From the NCBI GenBank assembly GCA_964545575.1, contig CAZJFL010000005.1:8617-72616 (forward strand): a DNA stretch of 64,000 bases. The letters are read 5' to 3'. Origin of the DNA: an uncultured Planctomycetales bacterium. Its GTDB lineage: Bacteria > Omnitrophota > Gorgyraeia > Gygaellales > Profunditerraquicolaceae. The number at the start of each line of letters is the position of its first letter. Position 1 is the stretch's first letter. The notes below the pieces were generated by a model. The model saw only the letters and a list, made by a program, of their open reading frames with translations, ran no database searches and was not told the DNA's origin. Position numbers and translations under genes: made by a program. Of the stretch, positions 1 to 8,922 are shown piece by piece.

Positions 1-201
1 GGGACTTTAGCAGGCCCGAGTATCCAGGCAATAAAGAGTTTATTAAAAAGCGGGATAGGCGTTATCGCTGCGGGAGGAATATCTTCTCTGGAAGATATTC
101 GTAAGCTCTCTAGCTTAAGGAGCAAAGGGCTGGCGGGTATAATTATAGGTAAGGCGCTTTACGAAGGCAGGTTTACTTTGCCGCAGGCATTAAAAATCTG
201 A
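1..201 (+). CDS. hisA: 3' end of the HisA isomerase gene (1-(5-phosphoribosyl)-5-[(5-phosphoribosylamino)methylideneamino]imidazole-4-carboxamide isomerase), partial
   Basis: Frame 1 translation ...GIGVIAAGGISSLEDIRKL...GIIIGKALYEGRFTLPQALKI* matches a HisA C-terminus; stop at 199-201; immediately upstream of hisF/hisI. Confidence 0.65.
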   Translation, partial: GTLAGPSIQAIKSLLKSGIGVIAAGGISSLEDIRKLSSLRSKGLAGIIIGKALYEGRFTLPQALKI

Positions 202-225
202 CCCAAAAGGCGGAAGGAGGAAAAG

Positions 226-678
226 ATGTTTCGCAAAGTCGTTATTTTTTCTTTTTTATTTGCTTCCCTGATTTTACTTAACGGTTGCGCATCCGGGCGC
301 CGCTCAAGCGATATGGAAATACAGGGTTTAAAAAACCAGGTTTCACTTTTAGAGTCGCAGGTGCAGTCTAAGGATGAAGAGATAAACAGCCTCAGGGACT
401 CTTTAAACAAAGCTCAGGCAGAAAAAGAAACGGTTACCAGAGAAAAGCTAAAAAAGAAGGTGATTGCGGAAGTCTGGACACGCCCCAAAGTCAGGGATAT
501 ACAGATTGCCTTGCTCAATGCCGGTTATAATCCCGGGGCGGTAGACGGCAGGATGGGCAAACAGACTAGAAACGCCATCAGGGCATTCCAGAAGGCGCAT
601 AATTTAGCGCTAACCGGTAAAGTGGGTAAAAAAACTTGGGCCTTGTTGAGAGAATATCTGGAGAAGAAGGTTAAGTAA
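226..678 (+). CDS. lipoprotein with coiled-coil and C-terminal peptidoglycan-binding (PG_binding_1-like) domain
   Basis: Lipobox LLNGC after a hydrophobic leader; C-terminal [32 protein letters not shown] resembles the PF01471 PG-binding motif. Confidence 0.6.
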   Translation: MFRKVVIFSFLFASLILLNGCASGRRSSDMEIQGLKNQVSLLESQVQSKDEEINSLRDSLNKAQAEKETVTREKLKKKVIAEVWTRPKVRDIQIALLNAGYNPGAVDGRMGKQTRNAIRAFQKAHNLALTGKVGKKTWALLREYLEKKVK

Positions 679-680
679 CT

Positions 681-1496
681 GTGTTAACTAAACGTATAAT
701 CCCTTGTTTAGATATCAAAGACGGCCGGGTAGTAAAGGGTGTCAAATTCTTAGGGCTTCGGGATGCAGGCGACCCGGTAGAAGTAGCCAGGGTCTACGAC
801 CAGCAGGGCGCCGATGAGCTGGTGTTTTTAGATATCACTGCCAGTTTTGAGAACAGAAAAACGCTAGTTGAGCTGGTGGAGGCGATAGCTAAAAATATTT
901 TTATGCCTTTTACCGTCGGCGGAGGGATCAGGGATATAACCGATATCAGGGACCTCTTGAACGCCGGAGCGGATAAGGTATCGATAAATACGGCAGCGGT
1001 AAAATTGCCGGATCTGATCGCGGAGTCTGCGCTGAAGTTCGGCAGCCAGTGTATAGTTGTAGCCATAGATGCTAAGTCGGTTCAGAGTTCAGAGTTCAGA
1101 GTTCAGAGTAAAGAACCAAGAACTATGAACAATGAACCACGAAGTAAAACATGGGAAGTGTACATTAACGGGGGCAGGACGCCGACAGAGCTGGATGCCC
1201 TGGAATGGGCCAAGCAGGCGGCCAATCTGGGAGCAGGCGAGCTCCTACTTACCAGCATGGATTACGACGGCACCAAAGACGGCTATGACATCGGGCTTAC
1301 CAAGCAGATAACCGAGTTAGTGAATATTCCGGTGATTGCTTCCGGAGGCGCAGGCAAGCTGGAGCATTTTTACGATGTCTTTGCCCGCGCAGGGGCGGAT
1401 GCGGCGCTGGCCGCTTCTATTTTTCACTACCAAGAGTATTGCGTTAAAGAGGTAAAAGATTACCTGGAAGGAAAGGGAGTTCCGGTGAGGCTATGA
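681..1496 (+). CDS. hisF: imidazole glycerol phosphate synthase cyclase subunit HisF; GTG start; about 18-aa loop insertion built from heptamer repeats
   Basis: N-terminus [16 protein letters not shown]..., SGGAG and AALAASIFH motifs typical of HisF; 271 aa versus about 253 for canonical HisF. Confidence 0.9.
   Translation: MLTKRIIPCLDIKDGRVVKGVKFLGLRDAGDPVEVARVYDQQGADELVFLDITASFENRKTLVELVEAIAKNIFMPFTVGGGIRDITDIRDLLNAGADKVSINTAAVKLPDLIAESALKFGSQCIVVAIDAKSVQSSEFRVQSKEPRTMNNEPRSKTWEVYINGGRTPTELDALEWAKQAANLGAGELLLTSMDYDGTKDGYDIGLTKQITELVNIPVIASGGAGKLEHFYDVFARAGADAALAASIFHYQEYCVKEVKDYLEGKGVPVRL
1080..1107 (+). repeat. (GTTCAGA)x4 tandem heptamer array inside hisF, followed by degenerate 7-nt units to about 1135
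   Basis: Read directly: gttcaga gttcaga gttcaga gttcaga gtaaaga accaaga ...; encodes [14 protein letters not shown]... in a loop that is longer than in HisF homologs. Confidence 0.9.
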
Positions 1497-1825
1497 AAAA
1501 GATAAAGTTCGCCGTAAAAAAATTAAAGTTCGATAAAGAAAAACTGATCCCGGCGATAATACAGGATTATAAGACGGATGAAGTATTGATGCTAGCTTAT
1601 ATGAACTCTGAATCCGTCAGGCGGACTTTAAAATCAGGCAAGACCTGTTTCTGGTCGCGTTCGCGCCGGGAATACTGGATAAAAGGAGCGACCTCCGGAA
1701 ATTACCAGTATGTAAAATCAATCGCTTATGATTGCGATATGGATGCGCTGCTGATTAAAGTGAGGCAGGTGGGAGTGGCCTGCCACACCGGCAACCGCTC
1801 GTGTTTCTACAGGAAAATAAAATAA
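1493..1825 (+). CDS. hisI: phosphoribosyl-AMP cyclohydrolase HisI
   Basis: [23 protein letters not shown]...[11 protein letters not shown]...CHTGNRSCF matches the HisI core; overlaps hisF stop by 4 nt. Confidence 0.85.
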   Translation: MKKIKFAVKKLKFDKEKLIPAIIQDYKTDEVLMLAYMNSESVRRTLKSGKTCFWSRSRREYWIKGATSGNYQYVKSIAYDCDMDALLIKVRQVGVACHTGNRSCFYRKIK

Positions 1826-3312
1826 TGTATTATCCGGCTCTAAAAGAATTCTTAAAGCTATCTAAAAAGGGCAACGTCATCCCGGTCTATAAGGAAATAA
1901 ACGCCGACCTGGATACGCCGGTATCTGCCTTTTTAAAGATTAAAAAAGACGACTACGCTTTTCTCCTGGAATCCGTAGAGGGGCAGGAGAATATTGCGCG
2001 CTATTCTTTTTTAGGCAGTAACCCGTCATTGATTTTTAAAAGCAAGGGGCGCAATATCCGGATCATCCGCCCCAATAAAAAAACAGCGCGTAATTTTAAT
2101 ACCAGAGATGACCCCTTAAGCGAAATCAAAAAAGTGATGCGCGGGTTTCAGGCCGTCCAGATCAAAGGCCTGCCGCGTTTCTCGGGCGGGCTGGTCGGGT
2201 TTATCGGCTATGACATGGTCAGGTTTTTTGAAGAGATAGCGGATAAGAATCCCGATGATTTGCAATTACCGGATGCGGTTTTTATCCTGACCGACACGAT
2301 CCTCGTCTTTGACCATGTCAACCATACCATCAAGATTGTCTCTAATGTTATGCTGCCGAAGGCGCGCGGTGAGGTTTCCAAGACAGAGAAGACCAGGGCT
2401 TATCAGCACGCCCTCAGAAAGATAGAGGTTATCCACCAGGACTTAAAGCGGCCACTGGCAGAGCGCAAAATTGGCTTGACAGCTGTCCCCCGGGCAGCTA
2501 TAGTATCTAACTTTAAAAGAAAGCAATTTTGTGGTATCGTTAATCAGGCCAAGGCCTATATAAAAAAGGGGGATATTATTCAGGCGGTCCTCTCGCAGAG
2601 GTTTAAGCTTAAGATTAAAAAAAGCCCCTTTGATATTTACCGCGCCCTGCGCAGCCTTAACCCTTCCCCCTACATGTTCTTTTTAAAATTAAAGGATCTG
2701 ACCCTGGCAGGCGCTTCTCCGGAGATGCTGGTGCGCGTGGAGGACGGGCGGGTAGAGACCCGCCCCATTGCCGGGACGCGGCCGCGCGGGAAAAATGAGG
2801 TGGAAGATAAAAAACTAGAGAAAGAACTACTCGCTGATATTAAGGAAAAAGCAGAGCATATCATGCTTGTGGATTTGGGGAGAAATGATTTAGGCAGGGT
2901 CTGCCGGGCAGGAGAGGTGAAGGTAAGTGAGTTTATGCATGTGGAAAAATATTCGCACGTGATGCATTTAGTCACCGCAGTAAGCGGAAAGCTGAATAGA
3001 AGATATGATAGTTACGACGTGCTTCGGGCGAGTTTCCCCGCCGGGACAGTCACCGGTAGCCCCAAGATCCGCGCCATGGAGATCATTGACGAGCTGGAAA
3101 ACCTGCGGCGCGGCCCTTATGCCGGCTGCGTGGGTTATTTCAGTTTTTCGCATAATCTGGATACCTGTATTACGCTGCGCACAGTGATCATCAAGGGTAA
3201 TACCGCTTATGTCCAGGCAGGGGCGGGTATCGTCGCGGATTCTGTTCCGGAAAAAGAATATCAGGAGTCGATCAATAAAGCAAAAGCATTAATAGAGGCG
3301 ATTAACGATTAA
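1825..3312 (+). CDS. trpE: anthranilate synthase component I TrpE (ORF track starts at 1801; a TAATG-overlapped start at 1825 is preferred)
   Basis: LLESVEG (TrpE LLES feedback motif) and chorismate-binding C-terminal domain (GAGIVADSVPEKEYQE); encoded apart from trpGDCFBA. Confidence 0.8.
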   Translation: MYYPALKEFLKLSKKGNVIPVYKEINADLDTPVSAFLKIKKDDYAFLLESVEGQENIARYSFLGSNPSLIFKSKGRNIRIIRPNKKTARNFNTRDDPLSEIKKVMRGFQAVQIKGLPRFSGGLVGFIGYDMVRFFEEIADKNPDDLQLPDAVFILTDTILVFDHVNHTIKIVSNVMLPKARGEVSKTEKTRAYQHALRKIEVIHQDLKRPLAERKIGLTAVPRAAIVSNFKRKQFCGIVNQAKAYIKKGDIIQAVLSQRFKLKIKKSPFDIYRALRSLNPSPYMFFLKLKDLTLAGASPEMLVRVEDGRVETRPIAGTRPRGKNEVEDKKLEKELLADIKEKAEHIMLVDLGRNDLGRVCRAGEVKVSEFMHVEKYSHVMHLVTAVSGKLNRRYDSYDVLRASFPAGTVTGSPKIRAMEIIDELENLRRGPYAGCVGYFSFSHNLDTCITLRTVIIKGNTAYVQAGAGIVADSVPEKEYQESINKAKALIEAIND

Positions 3313-3323
3313 AGGAGGAGTAT

Positions 3324-3569
3324 ATGGCAGTAAGAGTCCGTTTAAGAAGGATAGGCAAGAACCCCAAGAAAAGGCCGTTTTTCAGGTTAAGCGTTTTTGA
3401 AGAAACCCGCAACCGCGACGGCAGGTTCATCGAAGAAATAGGTTTTTATAATCCGGTTACCGGAACCGCAAAAATAAAGCAGGAGCGCCTCGATTATTGG
3501 GTGAAAAACGGAGCGCAGGTTTCGCCGACCATCAAGAGTTTAGCCAGAAAAGCCAAAAAGGAGGCATAA
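3324..3569 (+). CDS. rpsP: 30S ribosomal protein S16
   Basis: MAVRVRLRRIGKNPKKRPFFRLSV... is a canonical S16 N-terminus; RBS aggagg upstream. Confidence 0.9.
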   Translation: MAVRVRLRRIGKNPKKRPFFRLSVFEETRNRDGRFIEEIGFYNPVTGTAKIKQERLDYWVKNGAQVSPTIKSLARKAKKEA

Positions 3570-3572
3570 AAA

Positions 3573-3869
3573 ATGCCAGCACAGGCCAATCCGCTAGCAA
3601 GTTTTTTTCCTTTAGTCCTTATTTTTGTTATTTTTTATTTTTTGCTTATCCGCCCGCAAAAGACAAAGGAGAAAGAGCACCAGAAGATGATCAGCGCTCT
3701 TAATAAAAATGACGAAGTGGTCACTTCCGGGGGAATCCACGGGACGATCATCAACGTAAAAGACCGGACCCTGATTTTAAGGATAGACGAAAACGTCAAG
3801 ATAGAAATAGAGAAGAGTTGCATTGTTTATCTAAAGAAGGCGCAAAGCGCAGCCACTCCAGGAGCCTAA
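3573..3869 (+). CDS. yajC: preprotein translocase subunit YajC
   Basis: Single TM helix then ...EVVTSGGIHGTIINVKD... YajC signature; directly precedes secDF. Confidence 0.85.
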   Translation: MPAQANPLASFFPLVLIFVIFYFLLIRPQKTKEKEHQKMISALNKNDEVVTSGGIHGTIINVKDRTLILRIDENVKIEIEKSCIVYLKKAQSAATPGA

Positions 3870-3873
3870 GGTT

Positions 3874-6075
3874 ATGGAAAGAAAACTTTTATATAAGACA
3901 ATCCTCATTTTAGCAGTGGTAGGCACCTGCGCCTATTTTACTTTCCCTTTGCAGAAAAGGATAAACTTAGGATTAGATTTAAGAGGGGGGATGCACCTTT
4001 TGCTAAAGGTCGATATGAGCAAGCTTTCCGATAAGGCCAAGGTCGATGCCGCCGATAGGGCAGTGGAGGTAATCAGGAACAGGATCGATGAGTTCGGCGT
4101 AAGGGAGACTTCCATCCAAAGGCAGGGAGAGGATGAAATTGTGGTGCAGTTGCCCGGCGTTACCGATAGGGGCCGGGCCATAGATATCATCGGCAAAACC
4201 GCGCTCCTGGAGTTTAAAATCGTTTCCACCGATAGCGATAAAATCAAACAGGCCATTGAAGGCAATCTGCCGGAAGGTTATGAATTGAAATATGCGCAGG
4301 AAGATAATGAACCCCTGCTTTTAGAAAAGCAGGCGGTTTTGACCGGGGATGCGCTTTCTAATGCGGCAGTGCGTTTTGACCAGAGCCAGTTTAATGAACC
4401 GCTGGTAGGATTAGAGTTTAATGCCGAGGGGGCAAAGAAGTTTGCCGAGATCACCGCTGCCAATGTAGGTAAGCGGCTGGCGATTGTCTTAGACGGAAAA
4501 GTCCAGTCTGCGCCGCGCATCAGGGAAGCCATACCCTCGGGGCAGGCAGTGATTCAGGGCCGTTTTGATATTCAGCAGGCGCAGGACCTGGCGATTATCT
4601 TAAGAGTAGGCGCGCTTCCCGCGCCGATGTATATAGAGGAAGAAAGGACGGTCGGCCCTTTATTAGGGCAGGACTCGATTAATAACGGAATCAAAGCCAC
4701 CCTTATCGGAGGCACCCTGGTATTTGTTTTTATGGCGGTATATTATCTTCTGGCGGGGATTATTTCCGACATTGCGCTATTTTTAAACTTACTGATGATT
4801 CTAGGGGGGTTAGGGATTTTACCGGTATTATTCCCCGGCGTATCCGCAACCCTGACTTTACCCGGCATAGCCGGTATTGCTTTATCTTTGGGTATGGCGG
4901 TAGACGCAAACGTACTGATTAACGAGCGTATCAGAGAGGAATTAAAGGCAGGCAGGCCTTTGCGTGCCGCTATAACTAACGGTTATGACCGCGCCTTCAG
5001 CGCTATTTTTGATTCTAACTTCACTACTTTGATTGCGGCCTTTCTCTTATTTCAGTTCGGCACCGGGCCGATCAGGGGTTTCGCCGTCACTTTGACCATC
5101 GGCCTTATCGCCAGCATGTTTACCGCAATCGTGGTCACGCGCACGATATTTGAGGTTCTCTTAGGGTTTGGTTGGTTGAAGTCTCTGCCGATGCTGCAGC
5201 TGATCAAGGAGACAAAGTTTGATTTTATCGGCAAGAGAAAGATTTTTTACGCGGTGTCTTTAATAGTCATCGCTATCGGTTTATTTTCGTTTTTTACCAA
5301 AGGCCATAAAGCCTACGGCATTGATTTTGCCGGAGGCCAGCTGCAGGAATATAGTTTTAAGTCCCCGGTTTCGGTAGACCGGGTGCGTGCAGCGCTTAAG
5401 GAATTGAACTTAGGCGACGCCTCCATACAGCAATTCAAAGAAAAACCCAACGTCCTGCTGATTAAGACAGTGGAAGATAAAAACCAGGCGATTACGGATA
5501 AATTAAAAGAGATATTCCCCGACCAGGATATACAGATTTTAAGGATCGAACGCGTTGGCCCGATAGCGGGGAAACACTTGAAGGACAAGGCAACTCATGC
5601 TTTACTCTGGTCTTTGATCGGGATCCTGATTTACGTAGGTTTCCGGTTCAAGCATATCAACTTTGCGATAGCCGGCATCATCGCGCTATTTCATGACGTT
5701 TTGGTAACCTTAGGGTTTTTGGCGTTTACCGGCAGGCAGATAGATTTATTAAGCATCACTGCCTTCCTGACCATTGTAGGCTATTCTATCAACGATACTA
5801 TCGTCATTTATGACCGCGTCAGGGAGAATGGCCGCCTTTACCGGAAACTCTCTCTTGCGGAATTAATAAACTTAAGCGTAAACCAGACCCTGGGCCGCAC
5901 CATCCTTACTTCCGGCGTCACCTTGCTGGTAGTCATTTCCATTTTATTCTACGGAGGAGAAGTCTTAAGTAACTTTGCTTTCGCGTTACTGGTAGGTTTT
6001 ATTTCAGGCGTTTACTCTACGGTTTATATTGCCTCGCCATTAGTTCTTGCCTGGGGCCGCAAAAGCGCGAAATAG
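3874..6075 (+). CDS. secDF: protein translocase subunit SecDF (fused SecD-SecF)
   Basis: 733 aa; SecD periplasmic domain (LGLDLRGGMHLLLKVD) and duplicated 6-TM SecD/SecF cores. Confidence 0.9.
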   Translation: MERKLLYKTILILAVVGTCAYFTFPLQKRINLGLDLRGGMHLLLKVDMSKLSDKAKVDAADRAVEVIRNRIDEFGVRETSIQRQGEDEIVVQLPGVTDRGRAIDIIGKTALLEFKIVSTDSDKIKQAIEGNLPEGYELKYAQEDNEPLLLEKQAVLTGDALSNAAVRFDQSQFNEPLVGLEFNAEGAKKFAEITAANVGKRLAIVLDGKVQSAPRIREAIPSGQAVIQGRFDIQQAQDLAIILRVGALPAPMYIEEERTVGPLLGQDSINNGIKATLIGGTLVFVFMAVYYLLAGIISDIALFLNLLMILGGLGILPVLFPGVSATLTLPGIAGIALSLGMAVDANVLINERIREELKAGRPLRAAITNGYDRAFSAIFDSNFTTLIAAFLLFQFGTGPIRGFAVTLTIGLIASMFTAIVVTRTIFEVLLGFGWLKSLPMLQLIKETKFDFIGKRKIFYAVSLIVIAIGLFSFFTKGHKAYGIDFAGGQLQEYSFKSPVSVDRVRAALKELNLGDASIQQFKEKPNVLLIKTVEDKNQAITDKLKEIFPDQDIQILRIERVGPIAGKHLKDKATHALLWSLIGILIYVGFRFKHINFAIAGIIALFHDVLVTLGFLAFTGRQIDLLSITAFLTIVGYSINDTIVIYDRVRENGRLYRKLSLAELINLSVNQTLGRTILTSGVTLLVVISILFYGGEVLSNFAFALLVGFISGVYSTVYIASPLVLAWGRKSAK

Positions 6076-6076
6076 C

Positions 6077-6096
6077 CCTGCCTGCCGGCAGGCAGG
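6077..6096. terminator. 20-bp perfect palindrome CCTGCCTGCCGGCAGGCAGG between secDF and mfd; hairpin without a U tract
   Basis: Sequence is its own reverse complement; flanked by aaaagcgcg ... gcgcaaaagcgc. Confidence 0.4.
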
Positions 6097-6116
6097 CGCA
6101 AAAGCGCTAGCGTAAT

Positions 6117-8003
6117 ATGTTTAAATCCCTCAAACTCTACACAGACGGCACGCTTGATTTAGAGGCTGTTATCGCTTCGCTGGTTGATTTCGGTTACAGC
6201 CGGCAGGAAAGGACAGCGCAGGAAGGAGATTTTTCCCGCCGCGGCGGAATCCTGGATATATTCCCCTTCACTTTTGAATTACCCATCCGCATAGAATTAG
6301 ACGGAGACAGGGTTGTTTCGATTAAAACATTTAATCCTGCTTCCGGGGAATCCCTCTGGGAACACAAGATGGTGATTGTCCTGCCGATAAAGAAAACCCA
6401 TGCCCTAAAGACAGCCACTTTTCAGGAAGATTTCCCCGTGGAGAACTTTGTTGACCTGGATATCGGCGATTATGTCGTGCATACCCAGCATGGCATCGGA
6501 AAATTCCTGGGTCTGGATAAAATAAAAATAAAAGATAAGCCTAAAGACCACCTGGTTATCGAATACGACCATCAGGAGAAATTATATGTTCCGGTGGAGG
6601 AGATGCATCTGGTGCAGAAGTATATTACTTTCGAGACCAGAAGGCCGAAGTTATACCGTTTAGGCAGCAAGGAATGGACCCGCACCAAGGAAAAAACCAG
6701 GAAAGCAATTCAGAAGTTTGCCTGGGAGATTTTGTCTTTACAGGCGATGCGCCTGAGCGTGGAGGGGTTCGCCTATGCTAAAGATACGGACTGGCAGAAA
6801 CAGTTCGAGGAGACCTTTGCCTTTAAAGAGACTCCTGACCAGGTCAGGGCAACCGAAGAGGTCAAGCGCGATATGGAATCAGCCAAGCCCATGGACAGGC
6901 TGCTTTGCGGCGATGTCGGCTATGGCAAGACAGAGGTAGCGATGCGCGCGGCATTTAAGGCGGTGATGGATAATAAGCAGGTAGCCTTTCTTGTCCCCAC
7001 CACTATTTTGGCCGAGCAGCATTATCAGAACTTTAGCCAGCGCCTCGGCGATTTTCCCTTAAGGGTAGAGATGCTTTCGCGCTTTAAGAGCCCCAGAGAG
7101 CAGAAAGAGATTAGCGCAGGTATCGCCTCCGGAGCCGTGGATATGGTCATCGGTACGCACCGGCTAGTGTCCGAGGATATAAAGTTTAAAGATTTGGGCC
7201 TGGTGATTATCGACGAAGAGCAGCGCTTCGGGGTAAGGACAAAAGAAAAGCTCAAGACCTTAAGGCTCAATACCGACGTGCTTACCCTTACCGCTACCCC
7301 GATTCCGCGCACTCTCTACATGAGCCTGATGGGGGCTAAGGATCTCTCGGCAATCAACACTGCGCCACAAAATAGGTTGCCGATCAAGACGGTTGTGGTA
7401 GAATATGATACAGACCTGCTGCGCCAGGCGATATTGCGGGAATTAGGCAGAAAAGGGCAGGTATATTTTGTCCATAACCAGGTGCAGGATATTGAAAAAA
7501 TAAAGGATAAAATTACCCGCATCCTGCCCCCCGAGGTGAGGATCGCCGTAGCGCACGGGCAGATGCCCGGTGCGGTGCTTGAGCAGGTGATGTCGGATTT
7601 CCTGAAAGCAAAAATAGATATATTGCTCTGCACCATGATCATCGAGTCCGGCATAGATATACCTAATGTCAATACCATTATTGTTAACAATGCCCACCAT
7701 TTCGGTTTATCGGACCTGCATCAGCTGCGCGGCAGGGTGGGCAGGTTTAACCGCCACGCCTACGCTTATTTTGTCATTCCGCGTCAGGAAGTCCTGGATA
7801 CAGATGCCCAAAAAAGATTAAACGCGATACAGGAATACGCGCATCTGGGCGCCGGTTTTAAGATTGCGATGGAAGACTTAGAGATCAGAGGCGCCGGAAA
7901 TCTCCTGGGGTTAGAGCAGCACGGGTTTATTGCTGCGGTGGGGTTCGATCTTTATTGCAGGTTATTAAGGGAAGCAGTAGGTACGCTTAAAAAGGTCGTC
8001 TAA
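6117..8003 (+). CDS. mfd: Mfd-like transcription-repair coupling factor, short form (628 aa): partial N-terminal region, RID/CarD-like domain and SF2 translocase; no D1/D3 or C-terminal D7
   Basis: GDFSRRGGILDIFP motif, GDYVVHTQHGIGKF (RNAP-interaction domain), Walker A GDVGYGKTEVA, DEEQRFGV, QLRGRVGR and TRG-like tail; protein ends about 30 aa after motif VI. Confidence 0.75.
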   Translation: MFKSLKLYTDGTLDLEAVIASLVDFGYSRQERTAQEGDFSRRGGILDIFPFTFELPIRIELDGDRVVSIKTFNPASGESLWEHKMVIVLPIKKTHALKTATFQEDFPVENFVDLDIGDYVVHTQHGIGKFLGLDKIKIKDKPKDHLVIEYDHQEKLYVPVEEMHLVQKYITFETRRPKLYRLGSKEWTRTKEKTRKAIQKFAWEILSLQAMRLSVEGFAYAKDTDWQKQFEETFAFKETPDQVRATEEVKRDMESAKPMDRLLCGDVGYGKTEVAMRAAFKAVMDNKQVAFLVPTTILAEQHYQNFSQRLGDFPLRVEMLSRFKSPREQKEISAGIASGAVDMVIGTHRLVSEDIKFKDLGLVIIDEEQRFGVRTKEKLKTLRLNTDVLTLTATPIPRTLYMSLMGAKDLSAINTAPQNRLPIKTVVVEYDTDLLRQAILRELGRKGQVYFVHNQVQDIEKIKDKITRILPPEVRIAVAHGQMPGAVLEQVMSDFLKAKIDILLCTMIIESGIDIPNVNTIIVNNAHHFGLSDLHQLRGRVGRFNRHAYAYFVIPRQEVLDTDAQKRLNAIQEYAHLGAGFKIAMEDLEIRGAGNLLGLEQHGFIAAVGFDLYCRLLREAVGTLKKVV

Positions 8004-8004
8004 G

Positions 8005-8922
8005 ATGAAGAAAATTCCTGCGATCATTTTATTATTTATAGCTTGGGGTTTGGGGTTTGGGATTTGGAATGCCCATGCCCAGGACAAAATCGTGGCTATT
8101 GTCAATAATGACATCGTCACCCAGAAAGACCTGGATGACTTTATCAATGTGATGCGCATCCAGTTATCAGAGGAGCTGCAAGGCAAAGAGCTGGAGAGTA
8201 AAATCCAGTCCATCAAGCTGGATTTGCTGGACAAACTTATCGAAGACCGCCTTATCCTGCAGGAGGCAAAGAAAGAAAAGCTCCGGCCTAACGAAGGCAT
8301 GATCAAGGGTAAAATTGAGGAGATGAAGAAGCATTATGATTCAGAAGAAGCGTTCAACAATGCCTTGGTCAAGCAGGGGCTGGTGCAGGCGGATTTAGAG
8401 GATAAGATCAGGGAGCAGCTCTTGATGCGCGGCATCGTAGAGAGCAAGGTAAAAGCGAGGATTTCGGTCAGCCCTAATGAAGTTATGGATTTTTACCAGA
8501 GGAACATGGAGAAATTCAAGCTCCCCGTGCAGCGCGAACTGGAAGTAATAAGCATGAAAAGCCAGAGCCTGGCCGGCGAGATTTTTAATGGTTTAAAACA
8601 AGGTAAGACCGTGCAAGAGCTTTTAGAGAAATATTCGCTTGTCACAGATAAGATTACCGCGATGCAAAACGGCCAGTTAAGAAAGGATATCGAAGATAAA
8701 ATATTCCAGCTTAATCTTGGCGAGTCAACTGACAGTATTCAGGTCGAAGACAATTATTATATATTTAAATTAGTCGCAATAATCCCTCCGCAGCAGCAAA
8801 CCCTCTCGGAAGTACAAGAAGAAATCCGTTCCTTCCTGCTGGAAGAAAAGATGCAGAAAGAATTAGCCAAGTGGATAGATGAGCTTAAGAAACGTTCCTA
8901 CATCAAAATCTACCAGAATTAG
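8005..8922 (+). CDS. SurA-like periplasmic chaperone / parvulin-type PPIase
   Basis: Signal peptide; SurA N-domain-like IVAIVNNDIVTQKDLD; parvulin-like middle domain; sits between mfd and pdxA as in the classical surA-pdxA-ksgA arrangement. Confidence 0.7.
   Translation: MKKIPAIILLFIAWGLGFGIWNAHAQDKIVAIVNNDIVTQKDLDDFINVMRIQLSEELQGKELESKIQSIKLDLLDKLIEDRLILQEAKKEKLRPNEGMIKGKIEEMKKHYDSEEAFNNALVKQGLVQADLEDKIREQLLMRGIVESKVKARISVSPNEVMDFYQRNMEKFKLPVQRELEVISMKSQSLAGEIFNGLKQGKTVQELLEKYSLVTDKITAMQNGQLRKDIEDKIFQLNLGESTDSIQVEDNYYIFKLVAIIPPQQQTLSEVQEEIRSFLLEEKMQKELAKWIDELKKRSYIKIYQN
8044..8071 (+). repeat. (TTGGGGT)x2-TTGGGAT-TTGGAAT heptamer array encoding the SurA signal-peptide core WGLGFGIW
   Basis: Read directly; same heptamer family as in the lptD and SPOR-protein signal peptides. 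Confidence 0.85.

Noticed and set aside
3497-3703. + strand 68-aa ORF spanning the rpsP/yajC junction, and other small + strand ORFs nested in secDF, the 30283 gene and lptD (30924-31106, 31338-31550, 46442-46714)
   Set aside because: Alternative frames inside conserved genes, with no RBS and no homology signal.
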